Origin: an uncultured Chlamydiae bacterium
Lineage (GTDB): Bacteria; Chlamydiota; Chlamydiia; Chlamydiales; JAJFMB01
Direction of reading: 5' to 3'
NCBI GenBank assembly: GCA_963696295.1
Contig: CAVOJR010000001.1
Location: 1,184,001-1,248,000 of the forward strand
Length of the DNA: 64,000 bases
Every line of letters begins with the position of its first letter. The first letter of the stretch is position 1. The notes below the pieces were generated by a model. The model was not told the origin of the DNA. It made no database searches and saw only the letters and a list, made by a program, of their open reading frames with translations. The position numbers were made by a program, and so were the translations under genes. Positions 29,308 to 39,709 of the stretch are shown piece by piece.

Positions 29308-30394
29308 CCAATCGGAACTTGTATCAAATTACACCGGCACCTGCCTTTATCCCAAAAAGAGCTGGATAGGGCGCCTTTGGACCTGGTTTTACCGGATACA
29401 TGACTATTTTTTTGAGAAATTGGAGGAGAAAAACTTAAAAAAAGCTCTTCTTCACGCCGATCAGCTCTTTCAGACCCGCCTGCAGGAAGCGACCCCGCAT
29501 TTATTGCTCTACCGGCGATTTATCAAAAAAAAGTCCGTTAACCCCTTGGAGCTCGCAAAAGCAAGAGTAGCCCTTTACGAATTTTATCAGGCGACCGAAG
29601 GAAAGTATCCTCAGACCTATTTGCCCATGATAAAAGTCGAGTCTCTCACCAGAATGCCATTCCCTGTCAAATCTAACGAGATGGAACTCTTTGTCAAGCA
29701 GCTCAAAATCTCAAAAGTTCCCGTAAGATTGCTGCATGAGGCTTTCAGCCTGATTCAGGATCATGCCAGAATCGAAAAGATTCTGGCCCTCCAGCATCCC
29801 GCCCTCTTCACGGAAACAGACCCCTCCCATCTCGCCTTTAGAGACGCCCTTAAAGAGGGAGACACCATCCTTTGCAACCAAAGGGCCATCCAACTGGGCA
29901 AAAAATTAGGAAAGAAAAAAAGTCCGGACCGCCAGGTTTATTTCGAGATCCAAGGGGAAGCGGACAAACTCGTCTACCTCGGCGTCAACCGGGCGCTTCC
30001 CGGGATCCGGAAAGAAGCGACACACCATGATGCCTGGGGCATTCAACCCGCCTCAGTCCTCGAAGTGGACAGCGAAGGCGCCTGCGCCCTCGTCGAGCGG
30101 CTCACCACCCCCCTCACTTCTCTCACCTGGACCAGCAATTCCCCGCACATCACCCAACGCGACCTCAAACAGGCCCAGCCGCTCCTCAACTGGCTCCGCT
30201 GGCTAAAACAGGAGCAGTTCATGCCGCACGATCTGGACATCACCTTCTACATGCTCGACAAAGACAAAGTCCTCCGCAGCACAAGGCCGATGGCAAAAAT
30301 CCACTACCACCTCCCCGCCCTGGAAAACTTCCTCAAGCAGCTCAACAACCCCTTCATCCTCGATTACCTAAAGTCTAATCTGCTTTCAGGATAG
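29246..30394 (+). CDS. Hypothetical protein (start uncertain)
   Basis: 382-aa ORF filling the gap, with composition similar to neighbouring core genes; no motif recognised. Confidence 0.6.
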   Translation: MMKNPTLAAESRLPPIGCLNSQSELVSNYTGTCLYPKKSWIGRLWTWFYRIHDYFFEKLEEKNLKKALLHADQLFQTRLQEATPHLLLYRRFIKKKSVNPLELAKARVALYEFYQATEGKYPQTYLPMIKVESLTRMPFPVKSNEMELFVKQLKISKVPVRLLHEAFSLIQDHARIEKILALQHPALFTETDPSHLAFRDALKEGDTILCNQRAIQLGKKLGKKKSPDRQVYFEIQGEADKLVYLGVNRALPGIRKEATHHDAWGIQPASVLEVDSEGACALVERLTTPLTSLTWTSNSPHITQRDLKQAQPLLNWLRWLKQEQFMPHDLDITFYMLDKDKVLRSTRPMAKIHYHLPALENFLKQLNNPFILDYLKSNLLSG

Positions 30395-31108
30395 GCAAAC
30401 CGCTGTGCCATTCCGCCCAGTCACCCGGCTTCTTCTATAGGAAAAAAAGTCATCGGACGAATAGGTATCTATCCCGGCCATTTCAATATGGTGGGGCAAA
30501 ACCCCGCACCGCTCCAATTGAAAGCGGCTGATCTGCCAAAAATCGAAGTAATTTGGGCTGACCTGAAAATCCCAAAATTCCTCGGGCAGCTCGTTGCGAT
30601 AATGGATGAATTCAGCGCTTTGGGGACCCAAACTCGGGGAGATGCCGACGAGCAGATTTTCCGCTCTTGAGCCAAAATGCCCCTGCATATAACTGATTGC
30701 TTCGGCATACACATTCAAAACGCTGCCCCTCCAGCCGCAATGGACGCCCGCCGCCGCATGCTCTTTCGGATCGTAGATAATCGCCGCCTGGCAATCGGCA
30801 TGCTTGATCAAAATAGGGCACCCCGGCTTATTTGTAACGAGAATGTCCGCTTCTCTCAGTGGCGCTCCCACCTCCCAAATCCCCTTCCCATGGCACTGCT
30901 TGGCGGAGTAGAAACGGTCCACCCCAAGAGCCTCTTGCGCCCGCTTGAGATTGACCAGCACCACTTCTTTCCCGTCTCCGATCTCAAAACCCAGATTCAG
31001 GCTGGCAAACACCCCCTCGCTGCAGCCTCCATGGCGCGTAAAGACCGCCTGTTTCACCGGCAGATCGCAGAAGAGTTCGAATTGATAGTAATTTTCTTTT
31101 CGGAGCAT
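30386..31108 (-). CDS. pgeF: YfiH/PgeF family protein (peptidoglycan editing factor / purine nucleoside phosphorylase)
   Basis: FTRHGG.S, SLNLG, QCHG, HADCQ, HCGWRG, FFSYRR. Confidence 0.9.
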   Translation of the reverse strand: MLRKENYYQFELFCDLPVKQAVFTRHGGCSEGVFASLNLGFEIGDGKEVVLVNLKRAQEALGVDRFYSAKQCHGKGIWEVGAPLREADILVTNKPGCPILIKHADCQAAIIYDPKEHAAAGVHCGWRGSVLNVYAEAISYMQGHFGSRAENLLVGISPSLGPQSAEFIHYRNELPEEFWDFQVSPNYFDFWQISRFQLERCGVLPHHIEMAGIDTYSSDDFFSYRRSRVTGRNGTAVCLS

Positions 31109-31114
31109 CCTAGA

Positions 31115-32038
31115 TTACTTTTTCAAATTATAGAGTTCATCATTGATTTCTACTTGGATCTGATCAATTGTGACTCTCCCATCGTGTTTTGAAAAGTTTT
31201 TAGGATAACAGAAAACTGCATAATCGTGGAGTAAAGAAGGAACGATACTGTAATTCGATTCTCCACGGATAAGAATGTCAAAATTAAAGAGAGAATGAAA
31301 ATCCTCTAAAACATTAGCCCAATGTCTATTGTCTTTTTCCCGATAATTAAAAATAATGGGCGCATAAGGGAGAGCTTGCTGAATTTGATTGACCAGCTCC
31401 CCGGGTTGCAATGCATCCGTGAAGACATGACAATAGATAGATTTATCTTTGAAAAGATCTAAGATAATTTTCAGGCTCTCGATATAAAAAGTAATAGGAG
31501 GGAATTTTAGGGGGTCGCGAAATCCGGCGTCATGAGAATCATATCCTCCACCTTGGCGAATATGGAGGGCCACGCCAAGCATATCTTGAGGAGGATAAGT
31601 TAGAGCCAATTCCTTTTTAGTTGAAATCATTTCCTTGGCAATTTTCCGAAAATTTTGATTTTTCCAGTCAACAGGAAATACATAATAGTAAGGATATTTC
31701 TTTTCACTTTCAACTTCAGGAAAATACTTAGCGATGAAAACGCAATCATGATGTAATTCATGGAAAAGATTTTGTCCAGAATATTGCATATGTCGCAGGT
31801 AAGGATGCCGAGCGGCATCATAATGAATTTCTTTTTCATCCATGACTAGTTCTGTAGAGTAGGGAAATGGCTTATAAAGTAATGGAATCTGATAATGATA
31901 AGAAAGCCATTTAGCATGAAGATAGGCAATCAGATTATCTCCAAAGCGCCCGCCGGTAAAATCGTAAGTGACAGCAGCCGGGTTCGCGTTAAGATTTCCC
32001 CAAAAAAGTAAACATATAAAAAAATATCGTAAAAGCAT
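31115..32038 (-). CDS. Divergent fucosyltransferase-like protein (GT11/GT23 clan) with signal peptide
   Basis: GGRFGDNL, VALHIRQGG, FTD, SNYS; N-terminus MLLRYFFICLLFWGNLNA. Confidence 0.6.
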   Translation of the reverse strand: MLLRYFFICLLFWGNLNANPAAVTYDFTGGRFGDNLIAYLHAKWLSYHYQIPLLYKPFPYSTELVMDEKEIHYDAARHPYLRHMQYSGQNLFHELHHDCVFIAKYFPEVESEKKYPYYYVFPVDWKNQNFRKIAKEMISTKKELALTYPPQDMLGVALHIRQGGGYDSHDAGFRDPLKFPPITFYIESLKIILDLFKDKSIYCHVFTDALQPGELVNQIQQALPYAPIIFNYREKDNRHWANVLEDFHSLFNFDILIRGESNYSIVPSLLHDYAVFCYPKNFSKHDGRVTIDQIQVEINDELYNLKK

Positions 32039-32054
32039 ATCTCATTCCCATTTG

Positions 32055-32711
32055 TTAATTCATAAGAATCTGTCGAAGCTTTTGATGAATAAATTCATTG
32101 CATTCAGGATTGATGTGGACATTATGATCACTCAAATCAACGATTAAGCTGCCATCCTCATTGGCATAATCATCATATACATCAAGAAAAGCAATCCCCT
32201 TTTGGCTGCAAACATCTGCTAATTTGGCATTCAACTGCTTAGCAATAGATATCCGCTCCTCTAACGGCCCATAACGAGGAACATTTGGGTTATAAACATA
32301 ATCAGTTGGCGGGGTAACTGAATATACAATGCAAGACAAATTGTGGTATAGCTCGCGATTTAATAAAATGGTCTTGATATAATGGTGGACCAAAGTATCG
32401 ATAATTTCATAGACGGTACGATTGAAGCGATCTCTCTGCTTTCCAATATGACACCGCACATCAATTTCTCCAAATGCAAAAACCACCGCCTGCCCTTCCT
32501 TGACACCTAAGTTTTGCAAATTAAGAAATGATAACCCATCACGTCCAATGCGATGCATGGTACAAGAGCCTATTTGATGCACCCTGCAATTTGGAATCCG
32601 AGCAAACTCTCCCGCATGACTGTCACCAACAACAAAGATGGGGGGTAGAGAGTCCTCCGCAGCGTTAACTGTGATAAATAAGGAGCAGAGAATGAATAAA
32701 AAGATTTGCAT
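32055..32711 (-). CDS. SGNH/GDSL hydrolase-family protein with signal peptide
   Basis: GDSH, FGEIDVRCH, D..H (DHNVH); MQIFLFILCSLFITVNA. Confidence 0.75.
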   Translation of the reverse strand: MQIFLFILCSLFITVNAAEDSLPPIFVVGDSHAGEFARIPNCRVHQIGSCTMHRIGRDGLSFLNLQNLGVKEGQAVVFAFGEIDVRCHIGKQRDRFNRTVYEIIDTLVHHYIKTILLNRELYHNLSCIVYSVTPPTDYVYNPNVPRYGPLEERISIAKQLNAKLADVCSQKGIAFLDVYDDYANEDGSLIVDLSDHNVHINPECNEFIHQKLRQILMN

Positions 32712-32810
32712 ATGACCAACCTGTATTTAAAGACAATTATTCAAATTCTTCTTTTAAAATCAAGTCTGTTGATGTATATTGATCAGAATATGAAAAAATA
32801 AGGAATTTCT

Positions 32811-33746
32811 ATGAGAAAATCTCTGTTACTCTTAACTTTTTATTGCGCCTCTTTGTATGGAGAGGTCATTGATATCATATCGACATTTACCTTTGACCTG
32901 CCTGTCAATTATTCCGCAATCAACGCTGCCGGTTTTGATATACAAGGACATGCTGACATCAAAAAATATGAAAATTTATTAGTGTCGCCTTACCCTCCGA
33001 CTCCGTACAAAGTCATTGTCTGGAATCATGTCTTAGGAGGTGGTTCCCCCATTTTCAAGTTGCCTAAAGAAAAACTGATATTTTTTCTATGGGAGCCCTG
33101 GGGTTTATCATCCGGTTATTATGCGTTATATTCCAAAATTTTTACATGGGACGATAGCTTAGTGGATAATAAAAAATATTTCAAATTTTATTACCCATTC
33201 TTAATGCCTATGATCTCAGATCTTCCCTTATTTGAAGACAAAGAATTTTGCACAATGGTTGCATCCAATATGACCAAAGAGCGTATTCAGATCATTAACT
33301 TTTTTGAAACCAAACCGGCGGGAGAATTTGTGTTCTATGGAGTTAAGCCCTATCACAGCAAAATGTACCGTGGCTCCATTCCAGGAGATCCTGCAAGCAT
33401 TGAAAAAATTTCCACCCTTAAAAAATATCGCTTTTGTATTTGCTTTGAAAATACTACATACTTGCAGGGTTATATCACAGAAAAGATTTTTGCCTGTTTT
33501 GCAGCAGGCTGTGTTCCAATCTATTGGGGAGCTACAAATGTCGAAAAATACATTCCAAAATCCTGCTACATCGATTATCGCGACTTTTCAACTCTGGAAG
33601 ACCTCTATCAGTATCTTAAAGGGATGGACAAAGAGACGCATGCGCAATATATTCAGAACATACTTGCTTTTCTTGAAAGCGAAAATGCAAAATTGTTCTC
33701 TCCAGCCTACTTTGAACAAGTGATTTATGAGGCAATTACCGAGTAG
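32811..33746 (+). CDS. Glycosyltransferase family 10 (alpha-1,3/4-fucosyltransferase-like) with signal peptide
   Basis: KYRFCICFENT..GYITEKIF..F.AGCVPIYWGA motif. Confidence 0.9.
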   Translation: MRKSLLLLTFYCASLYGEVIDIISTFTFDLPVNYSAINAAGFDIQGHADIKKYENLLVSPYPPTPYKVIVWNHVLGGGSPIFKLPKEKLIFFLWEPWGLSSGYYALYSKIFTWDDSLVDNKKYFKFYYPFLMPMISDLPLFEDKEFCTMVASNMTKERIQIINFFETKPAGEFVFYGVKPYHSKMYRGSIPGDPASIEKISTLKKYRFCICFENTTYLQGYITEKIFACFAAGCVPIYWGATNVEKYIPKSCYIDYRDFSTLEDLYQYLKGMDKETHAQYIQNILAFLESENAKLFSPAYFEQVIYEAITE

Positions 33747-34584
33747 ACCAAAATGATTTATTCAACTTAATAATTGGGATATCTGGATTAAAAAAAGAAG
33801 CACACAAACTAAGATTGGAATCTGTCCTTATTAATAAATCGGTTTTTGAAAGTAAAATACAATCAATAAGCGCTTCCTCACCGCATTGATAATGATTACG
33901 TTGAGGATTATGATGCACGGATAAATGGTTAGTGGAACGAGCGGCATCATGATAACATACCAGCCCTGGAAACTGAAATGATAACCAATCTACAAAAGAA
34001 ACTTCATCTGTAGCCAGAAATATTCTGTATTCTTTATCTTGTAACTTGCTGATTTGAAAATTGATAGCAGTTAAAATCTCTTCATATGCAACTCGAGGGG
34101 CTTCTATCATTTTATCGGTTCCTCGATAATGTACACCAATAATGAAATTGTCTTGAAAATTATCTCTAACAAACGATGCTACTTTATCATTGATATGAGA
34201 TTTCACATGTATATATTTATTTATTAGATTGTAATTGTAACTTCGAGAATTACAATATTCTATTTTCCAACTATCATGATAGTAAGTAGTAATAATATTG
34301 GCTGAATCATGGGTTCCTAAAAAAATAGGCTCAAAATAATATTCCCACCAGTTTTTTCCATGTAATGGATCAAAATAGGCTCCCTCACAATCAAAATCAA
34401 CTGCCATTCCCTGAATTAAATGGTTATCATAAGATTGAAGAACCGCAAGCACATCTTGAAAAATACTAAACATCCCATCGGGTCTGCTTTTCACAATGAT
34501 AAATTCAGCACAATCTGCCTTGTAAAGAGAAAAGCATAAACATATCAATAAAATTTTTCTTGAAATTTTTATAAAAAAAGACAT
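33736..34584 (-). CDS. NodZ-like (GT23) fucosyltransferase with signal peptide
   Basis: GMFS, NWWEYYFEP, GVHYRGTDK, FLATDE, ALIDCILLSK, SNLS. Confidence 0.8.
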   Translation of the reverse strand: MSFFIKISRKILLICLCFSLYKADCAEFIIVKSRPDGMFSIFQDVLAVLQSYDNHLIQGMAVDFDCEGAYFDPLHGKNWWEYYFEPIFLGTHDSANIITTYYHDSWKIEYCNSRSYNYNLINKYIHVKSHINDKVASFVRDNFQDNFIIGVHYRGTDKMIEAPRVAYEEILTAINFQISKLQDKEYRIFLATDEVSFVDWLSFQFPGLVCYHDAARSTNHLSVHHNPQRNHYQCGEEALIDCILLSKTDLLIRTDSNLSLCASFFNPDIPIIKLNKSFWSTR

Positions 34585-34597
34585 TCGTTTACCTGAC

Positions 34598-35443
34598 TTA
34601 TTTTACTAAAATGACAGGCAGTGCTGGATTGAAATAGGTAGCACACAAGCCCATGTTAGAACTGGTCCGAACAAGGTAATCGCATTTGGTCAACAATAAG
34701 CAGTCGACAAGGGCATCTTCACCTTTTTTGTATGGATTCAATTTTTTATTCAAATGCACCGCTTGGCTATCCATAGAGCGGTATGCTCCTTGATAGAATG
34801 TTGTGCAGTTGGGAAATTGTGCTTCCATGTATGCTAGAAAAGGCTGTTCATCAGTTGCTATGAATAGCATATATCCGCCTTCCCATAATTCTAATTCTGC
34901 AATAACTGAGCGGACAACCGAGGCAATTTTATCATAACTCACTCGTGGTACTTCAGAATTTTTATCTGTGCCTCTATAATGGATGCCAATCATAAAATTG
35001 CTAAATTGCTCATCGGTAATAGCTTGAACCTTTTCCAAAATGTGATGCTTAACCTTCACATATTTACAAATTAGTTCATGACATCTTTCCTTAGATGTAT
35101 GATGCTCGATAAACCATGGGAGAACATTTGGGATTTGATAGATTTCTTCAATGCGGGCATTTTCAGGTGAACCAACATCAAGAGGTTCAAAATAATAATT
35201 CCACCAATTCGGTCCATAAGCTTCGTCGTAATAAACACCATGCTCTCCAAATTCAAACCTTAATCCGGCTATCGAATCTTGGTGTTCATCATATGTCCTA
35301 ATATTTCCCAGCATGGTTTTTAAAATATTAAACATCCCCTCCCCTTCAGATCCCAGAACAATATAATAGGGTTTTAATGGTTCTGCATTAAGCCTAAAGA
35401 AGAGCTGAATCACCAAAATAAAAATGAAAGATAAGGTGCGCAA
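34598..35443 (-). CDS. NodZ-like (GT23) fucosyltransferase paralog with signal peptide
   Basis: GMFN, NWWNYYFEP, GIHYRGTDK, FIATDE, ALVDCLLLTKC, SSNMG. Confidence 0.8.
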   Translation of the reverse strand: MRTLSFIFILVIQLFFRLNAEPLKPYYIVLGSEGEGMFNILKTMLGNIRTYDEHQDSIAGLRFEFGEHGVYYDEAYGPNWWNYYFEPLDVGSPENARIEEIYQIPNVLPWFIEHHTSKERCHELICKYVKVKHHILEKVQAITDEQFSNFMIGIHYRGTDKNSEVPRVSYDKIASVVRSVIAELELWEGGYMLFIATDEQPFLAYMEAQFPNCTTFYQGAYRSMDSQAVHLNKKLNPYKKGEDALVDCLLLTKCDYLVRTSSNMGLCATYFNPALPVILVK

Positions 35444-35771
35444 AACAACTCCTTCTCAGTTTCTAATCTTCTTACTTATCAAAATGTCTTATTTTTCTGC
35501 AACAGCATTGTTAAATGGTTCATCTCTTTGCAATGAAAGTACTGGACAAAAAGTACTCTATTGCTATTAATTAGTGTTAAAAAAAAAGTAAAGGAGCCAC
35601 TTCATTTTGATTTCAATGACAAAATATTCCTTTTCCGGGTGGACAAAATCAGACAAGAAAGAGATTGCTCCACAATATTGGATGCAAACAGACTCCTATG
35701 CGTATCCCACTTCACATCCAAATGCCTTTTATTTAAATAACCATTGAAGATAACTTACTTGGAGATAAACC

Positions 35772-36488
35772 ATGATCAAAAAATGCTTTTTATATTTTGC
35801 GATGCTTTTGACACCGTTAACAATTTCCTCAGATGAACCCCCAGAAATCATTGATTTCAATTCGACATGGACGCATGGCTATCAATCCATGTATGACGAT
35901 CCCACATGGTACCTAGGACATTATGGTTTCAACTACGCCCCTGAATTTACTGCTTATTTTTCCATGCTCAAGAATAAGTATCACATCGATACTGTGATTG
36001 AAACAGGCACATTTATGGGCTCGACAGCAGTCTGCTTTTCTCTTTTATTCGACCATGTCTATACCATTGAAATCGTCGACTCGACTTACCGCAAAACAAA
36101 AGAATATCTGGATCAATTTTCAAATATCCAATTCTATCTAGGAAGCTCAGACAAAGTTTTAAAGGACATATTGCCCTTAGTGCAACACAAACCAGTCCTG
36201 TTTTATTTAGATGCACACTGGTTTGATCATTGGCCTTTATTAGCTGAACTCGAAGAGATTTGCAAAACACATCAAGATAACTGTGTCATTGTGATTGATG
36301 ACTTTAAAGTCCCTGGACGGCCAGAAATTCCTTATGATAGATATGGATCTCAAGAATGTTCCTATGAGTATATCAAACCTAGACTTGATGAAATTTTTTC
36401 GGGATATACGATCCATTATCTTATTCCCAAAAGGATCGATTCCCGGGCAAAATTTGTGGCAATCCCAACAAATTGGGAAAAAAAATAA
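35772..36488 (+). CDS. Class I SAM-dependent methyltransferase-like protein with signal peptide
   Basis: IETGTFMG, YTIEI, GSS, FYLDAH, IVIDD; GGAG RBS. Confidence 0.75.
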   Translation: MIKKCFLYFAMLLTPLTISSDEPPEIIDFNSTWTHGYQSMYDDPTWYLGHYGFNYAPEFTAYFSMLKNKYHIDTVIETGTFMGSTAVCFSLLFDHVYTIEIVDSTYRKTKEYLDQFSNIQFYLGSSDKVLKDILPLVQHKPVLFYLDAHWFDHWPLLAELEEICKTHQDNCVIVIDDFKVPGRPEIPYDRYGSQECSYEYIKPRLDEIFSGYTIHYLIPKRIDSRAKFVAIPTNWEKK

Positions 36489-36563
36489 AGCTAATTGGAA
36501 TTCTTTGACAGAGGATCAAAGAGGTGGCTCAGCTTTTTCGCATTTAAAAATGAAGCCTATTCT

Positions 36564-37496
36564 TTAGTATTTTAAAATTATCCAGTCCGCGGGGACAACA
36601 TCTTTTGAATTTAACCCTGCACTATCGTTAAACCAAACAGGAGGTGTTATAATGATTTTATGGGGATTGGGATTCAGGTATGCCGCCCACCATGAAAAAC
36701 TCGAATGACAAATGATATTATGTTTGCACATGCTCATTAAGTACAGGTCATGATAGTGTTCCTCGCCTTCGACAAAGTACATATTGCGAGGAATATCAGC
36801 AAGTTCCTTTTTACATAAATTCATATCATTAGAAAAAACTATAAATAGAGTGTCTGCAGGAAATAATGACATTGCCTTTTCAAAATAGCATTTCCCATAA
36901 AAAGGATATATGCGCTGCGCTGGATCAAAGTCAAGGTAAGATCTCATATGGACTGATACTGTGTTGGGACAATTCAACAAGTCACCATATTTTTTTTGAA
37001 GGTACTCAGTAATTTCGGGATGTGGCTTAAAAAGTTCTATTATTTCCTTTTTGTGATGTTGAAAGTATTTTTCAGACTGAAAATAACCAGCTATGCACAT
37101 ATTTGGACTATAAGGTATCGGCGCATAGTGGTAATGAGGTTCTTTGTAACGAACGGATATATGCTTATTCTGCGGCATAAAAGGGTTTAAATGATAAAAT
37201 ACTTTCTGATAATTTAAAGGTATATTATCCACAGTTTTATTAACTAGATCTGGAAAAATAGGATCAGAGTCGTGATCAAGAGCTAAACTTACGGTTGCCG
37301 CAATGACGAACATTTGATTTCCTAGTTGTCCAGTTAACTCCCCTACCACGAAAGAATTCAGTGCAAAGGCGGTGTTAAAAACGCTAAAGCAGTAAATCAA
37401 AATTATTGTAATTTTACCAATATAGTAATTTTGAAAAATAACCCGCGAAAAATGGAATAAAAATAGGTAATTCATATCACTGTCAAATTTCATCAT
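36564..37496 (-). CDS. Alpha-1,2-fucosyltransferase (GT11); true start probably later
   Basis: GQLGNQMF, GYFQSEKYF, SVHMR, FSND, DLYLMSMCKHNIICHSSFSWWAAYLN. Confidence 0.9.
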   Translation of the reverse strand: MMKFDSDMNYLFLFHFSRVIFQNYYIGKITIILIYCFSVFNTAFALNSFVVGELTGQLGNQMFVIAATVSLALDHDSDPIFPDLVNKTVDNIPLNYQKVFYHLNPFMPQNKHISVRYKEPHYHYAPIPYSPNMCIAGYFQSEKYFQHHKKEIIELFKPHPEITEYLQKKYGDLLNCPNTVSVHMRSYLDFDPAQRIYPFYGKCYFEKAMSLFPADTLFIVFSNDMNLCKKELADIPRNMYFVEGEEHYHDLYLMSMCKHNIICHSSFSWWAAYLNPNPHKIIITPPVWFNDSAGLNSKDVVPADWIILKY

Positions 37497-37777
37497 AACA
37501 TCTTAAATTTTTAAAAAATTGCCAGTACCTGTCGAGAATAGCATCGCAGACTCTTCAAATGTTTGTCAGATATTGCTCATTAAAAGTTGTTCCAATAACC
37601 AATAAAATATATTCATAAAAATAACGCAACTGATTTTGATCTTGCTCGCCCTCAAAAATAAAATCTAAAATTTAGGTTTTCTTAAATTTCTTGGTTTGAT
37701 AGAGTCTGTTTTGTTAACTCTTCCAAAAAATAAATAGGCAATATTGTTGCTTCTAAAAAATAGCCTAGGAGAAAGTT

Positions 37778-38644
37778 ATGCGAGAAAAAAAATTTCAATC
37801 CCTTTTTTTCTACCTTTTCCTATTATTTTTTTGTTCGTTACCAGGCTTTCTAAAAGGTTATGACAATCAATTAGCTGTGTGCACAATCTTTAAAGATAAT
37901 GCCGAGTATTTTAAAGAATGGATTGAATTTCACATGTTGGTTGGTGTAGAGCACTTTTATCTTTATGACAATTCCAGCACAGATAATTCACTTGAAATAC
38001 TCGACCCTTATATTCAACAAGGTATTGTCACAGTAATCGATTGGCCGAATAAAGGGGGTTACTGGGTGCACTCAACTCAAGAGGCAGCTTATAATCATTG
38101 TGGAAGGTTAGCATCAGGAAAGACAAAATGGGTGGCGGCCATTGATACCGATGAGTTTCTATTTTGCGAAGACATTGAAAATATTCCCGATTTTTTACAA
38201 CAGCATGATGATGAAGCTGCCATTTTCGTTTGGTGGAGAGTTTATGGAACATCCGGCGTACTTGATATTCCTCCGGGTTACTTGATGATTGAGCTTCTCT
38301 ATAAAAGATTTCCTGATAATCACGATCGAAATAAACAAGGAAAATTAATTTTTAAACCTGAAGAATTATTAGAATTTGATTGGGCGGGCCATCGATGCAA
38401 GTTAAAGAATAATGCGATTACTTATGTATCAAAAGTGACAGATATTCGAATTAATCATTATGTTAATCGAACGATTAACTTCTTTCTTAAGCAAAAGAAG
38501 CAACAAAAGGAAGCAATGGATAACCGCAATTATAGTGATGAACAATGGCTAAGTCATTTAAATGATGGCAACGACATAGAGGATCGAATAATGGATCGAT
38601 TCATTCCAGTTTTGCGAAAGAGAATGGGTTTTTCCAACGACTAA
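37778..38644 (+). CDS. Glycosyltransferase family 92-like protein with signal/anchor
   Basis: LAVCTIFKD.AEYFKEWIEFH..VGVEHFYLYDN.STD, IDTDEF (DxD), RINHY. Confidence 0.85.
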   Translation: MREKKFQSLFFYLFLLFFCSLPGFLKGYDNQLAVCTIFKDNAEYFKEWIEFHMLVGVEHFYLYDNSSTDNSLEILDPYIQQGIVTVIDWPNKGGYWVHSTQEAAYNHCGRLASGKTKWVAAIDTDEFLFCEDIENIPDFLQQHDDEAAIFVWWRVYGTSGVLDIPPGYLMIELLYKRFPDNHDRNKQGKLIFKPEELLEFDWAGHRCKLKNNAITYVSKVTDIRINHYVNRTINFFLKQKKQQKEAMDNRNYSDEQWLSHLNDGNDIEDRIMDRFIPVLRKRMGFSND

Positions 38645-38759
38645 ACAACAAAATTTTTATTCTTAATAAAAATAAGATTATTACACTATATCCTCATTTT
38701 ATGATAAACTTATGAGTATAAATATTTAGACCACAAAAAAAACTTCGTTTGGAGACATT

Positions 38760-39593
38760 ATGCACAATCGTTTTTGGCTTTTTATATTAGTTGGATTACT
38801 TATAATGAATAATGCAACATGCTCACATCAAAGCATAACAGGGAATCACTCAAGTTACATTGAAGCATGTCGTAAAGCTGTAAATGATCCTCTCTATTTT
38901 CAAAATTTTCGTTCTACCCATGAATATGCGTCAAATGTAGAGTGTTATGGGTTTGGAAACGAGTTTGCTCAATATCTTCTTACAAATGCTTCTCCACAAA
39001 CCTTAGAAAAGTTGGAGCAATTTAGAAGGCTTGATCAGTATGGCAATCCTTTAACAAAGGACATTGAGGGGGTAGGGAGATTTTCAGAAACAACTTTGAG
39101 GTATATTATAGTCGCAGATCAAATAAAAGAGTTGTTTAACTTGCCCAGTAATCCCAAAATAGTAGAGATAGGGGCCGGATTTGGGGGACAATGCTATATT
39201 TTATCACAAATCCAAATTTTTTCAGATTATTTTATTTACGATCTTCCAGATGTTGAGAATTTAATAGAAAAAATGTTAAAAACTCTTTCAATTGAAAGAG
39301 TGTCTCTTATACCTCAATATGTACCACTTCCTGAGAGTAATGTTGATTTGTTAATTAGCAACTATGCATTTTCTGAATGTGACAGACAAACTCAACTAGA
39401 CTACTTTGAAAGAGTTTTGAAGAAAGCTGATAGAGGTTATATGCTTTTTAATCAGCTTCACGTTTTTGACTCATTATCACTAGCCGAGTTTGTAAAATTA
39501 TTAGAAGATAATAATATGAAACCTCAACTATATGAAGAACCAGTTTTAACTTATAAGGATAATGTATTGGTCACCTGGGATAAAACTAATTGA
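38760..39593 (+). CDS. Putative sugar O-methyltransferase with signal peptide
   Basis: TTLRY, IVEIGAGFGGQ, YDLP, ISNYAFSEC. Confidence 0.8.
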   Translation: MHNRFWLFILVGLLIMNNATCSHQSITGNHSSYIEACRKAVNDPLYFQNFRSTHEYASNVECYGFGNEFAQYLLTNASPQTLEKLEQFRRLDQYGNPLTKDIEGVGRFSETTLRYIIVADQIKELFNLPSNPKIVEIGAGFGGQCYILSQIQIFSDYFIYDLPDVENLIEKMLKTLSIERVSLIPQYVPLPESNVDLLISNYAFSECDRQTQLDYFERVLKKADRGYMLFNQLHVFDSLSLAEFVKLLEDNNMKPQLYEEPVLTYKDNVLVTWDKTN

Positions 39594-39709
39594 TGAGAAG
39601 AATCTCACTGGAGTTACAATCTAGCAATCGTTATGGCAGCAAAAACTCTGTTCATACATTTGGGCCCCATTTCCAATTATGATTTTAACTGTTTATAAGG
39701 AGCAATTTT

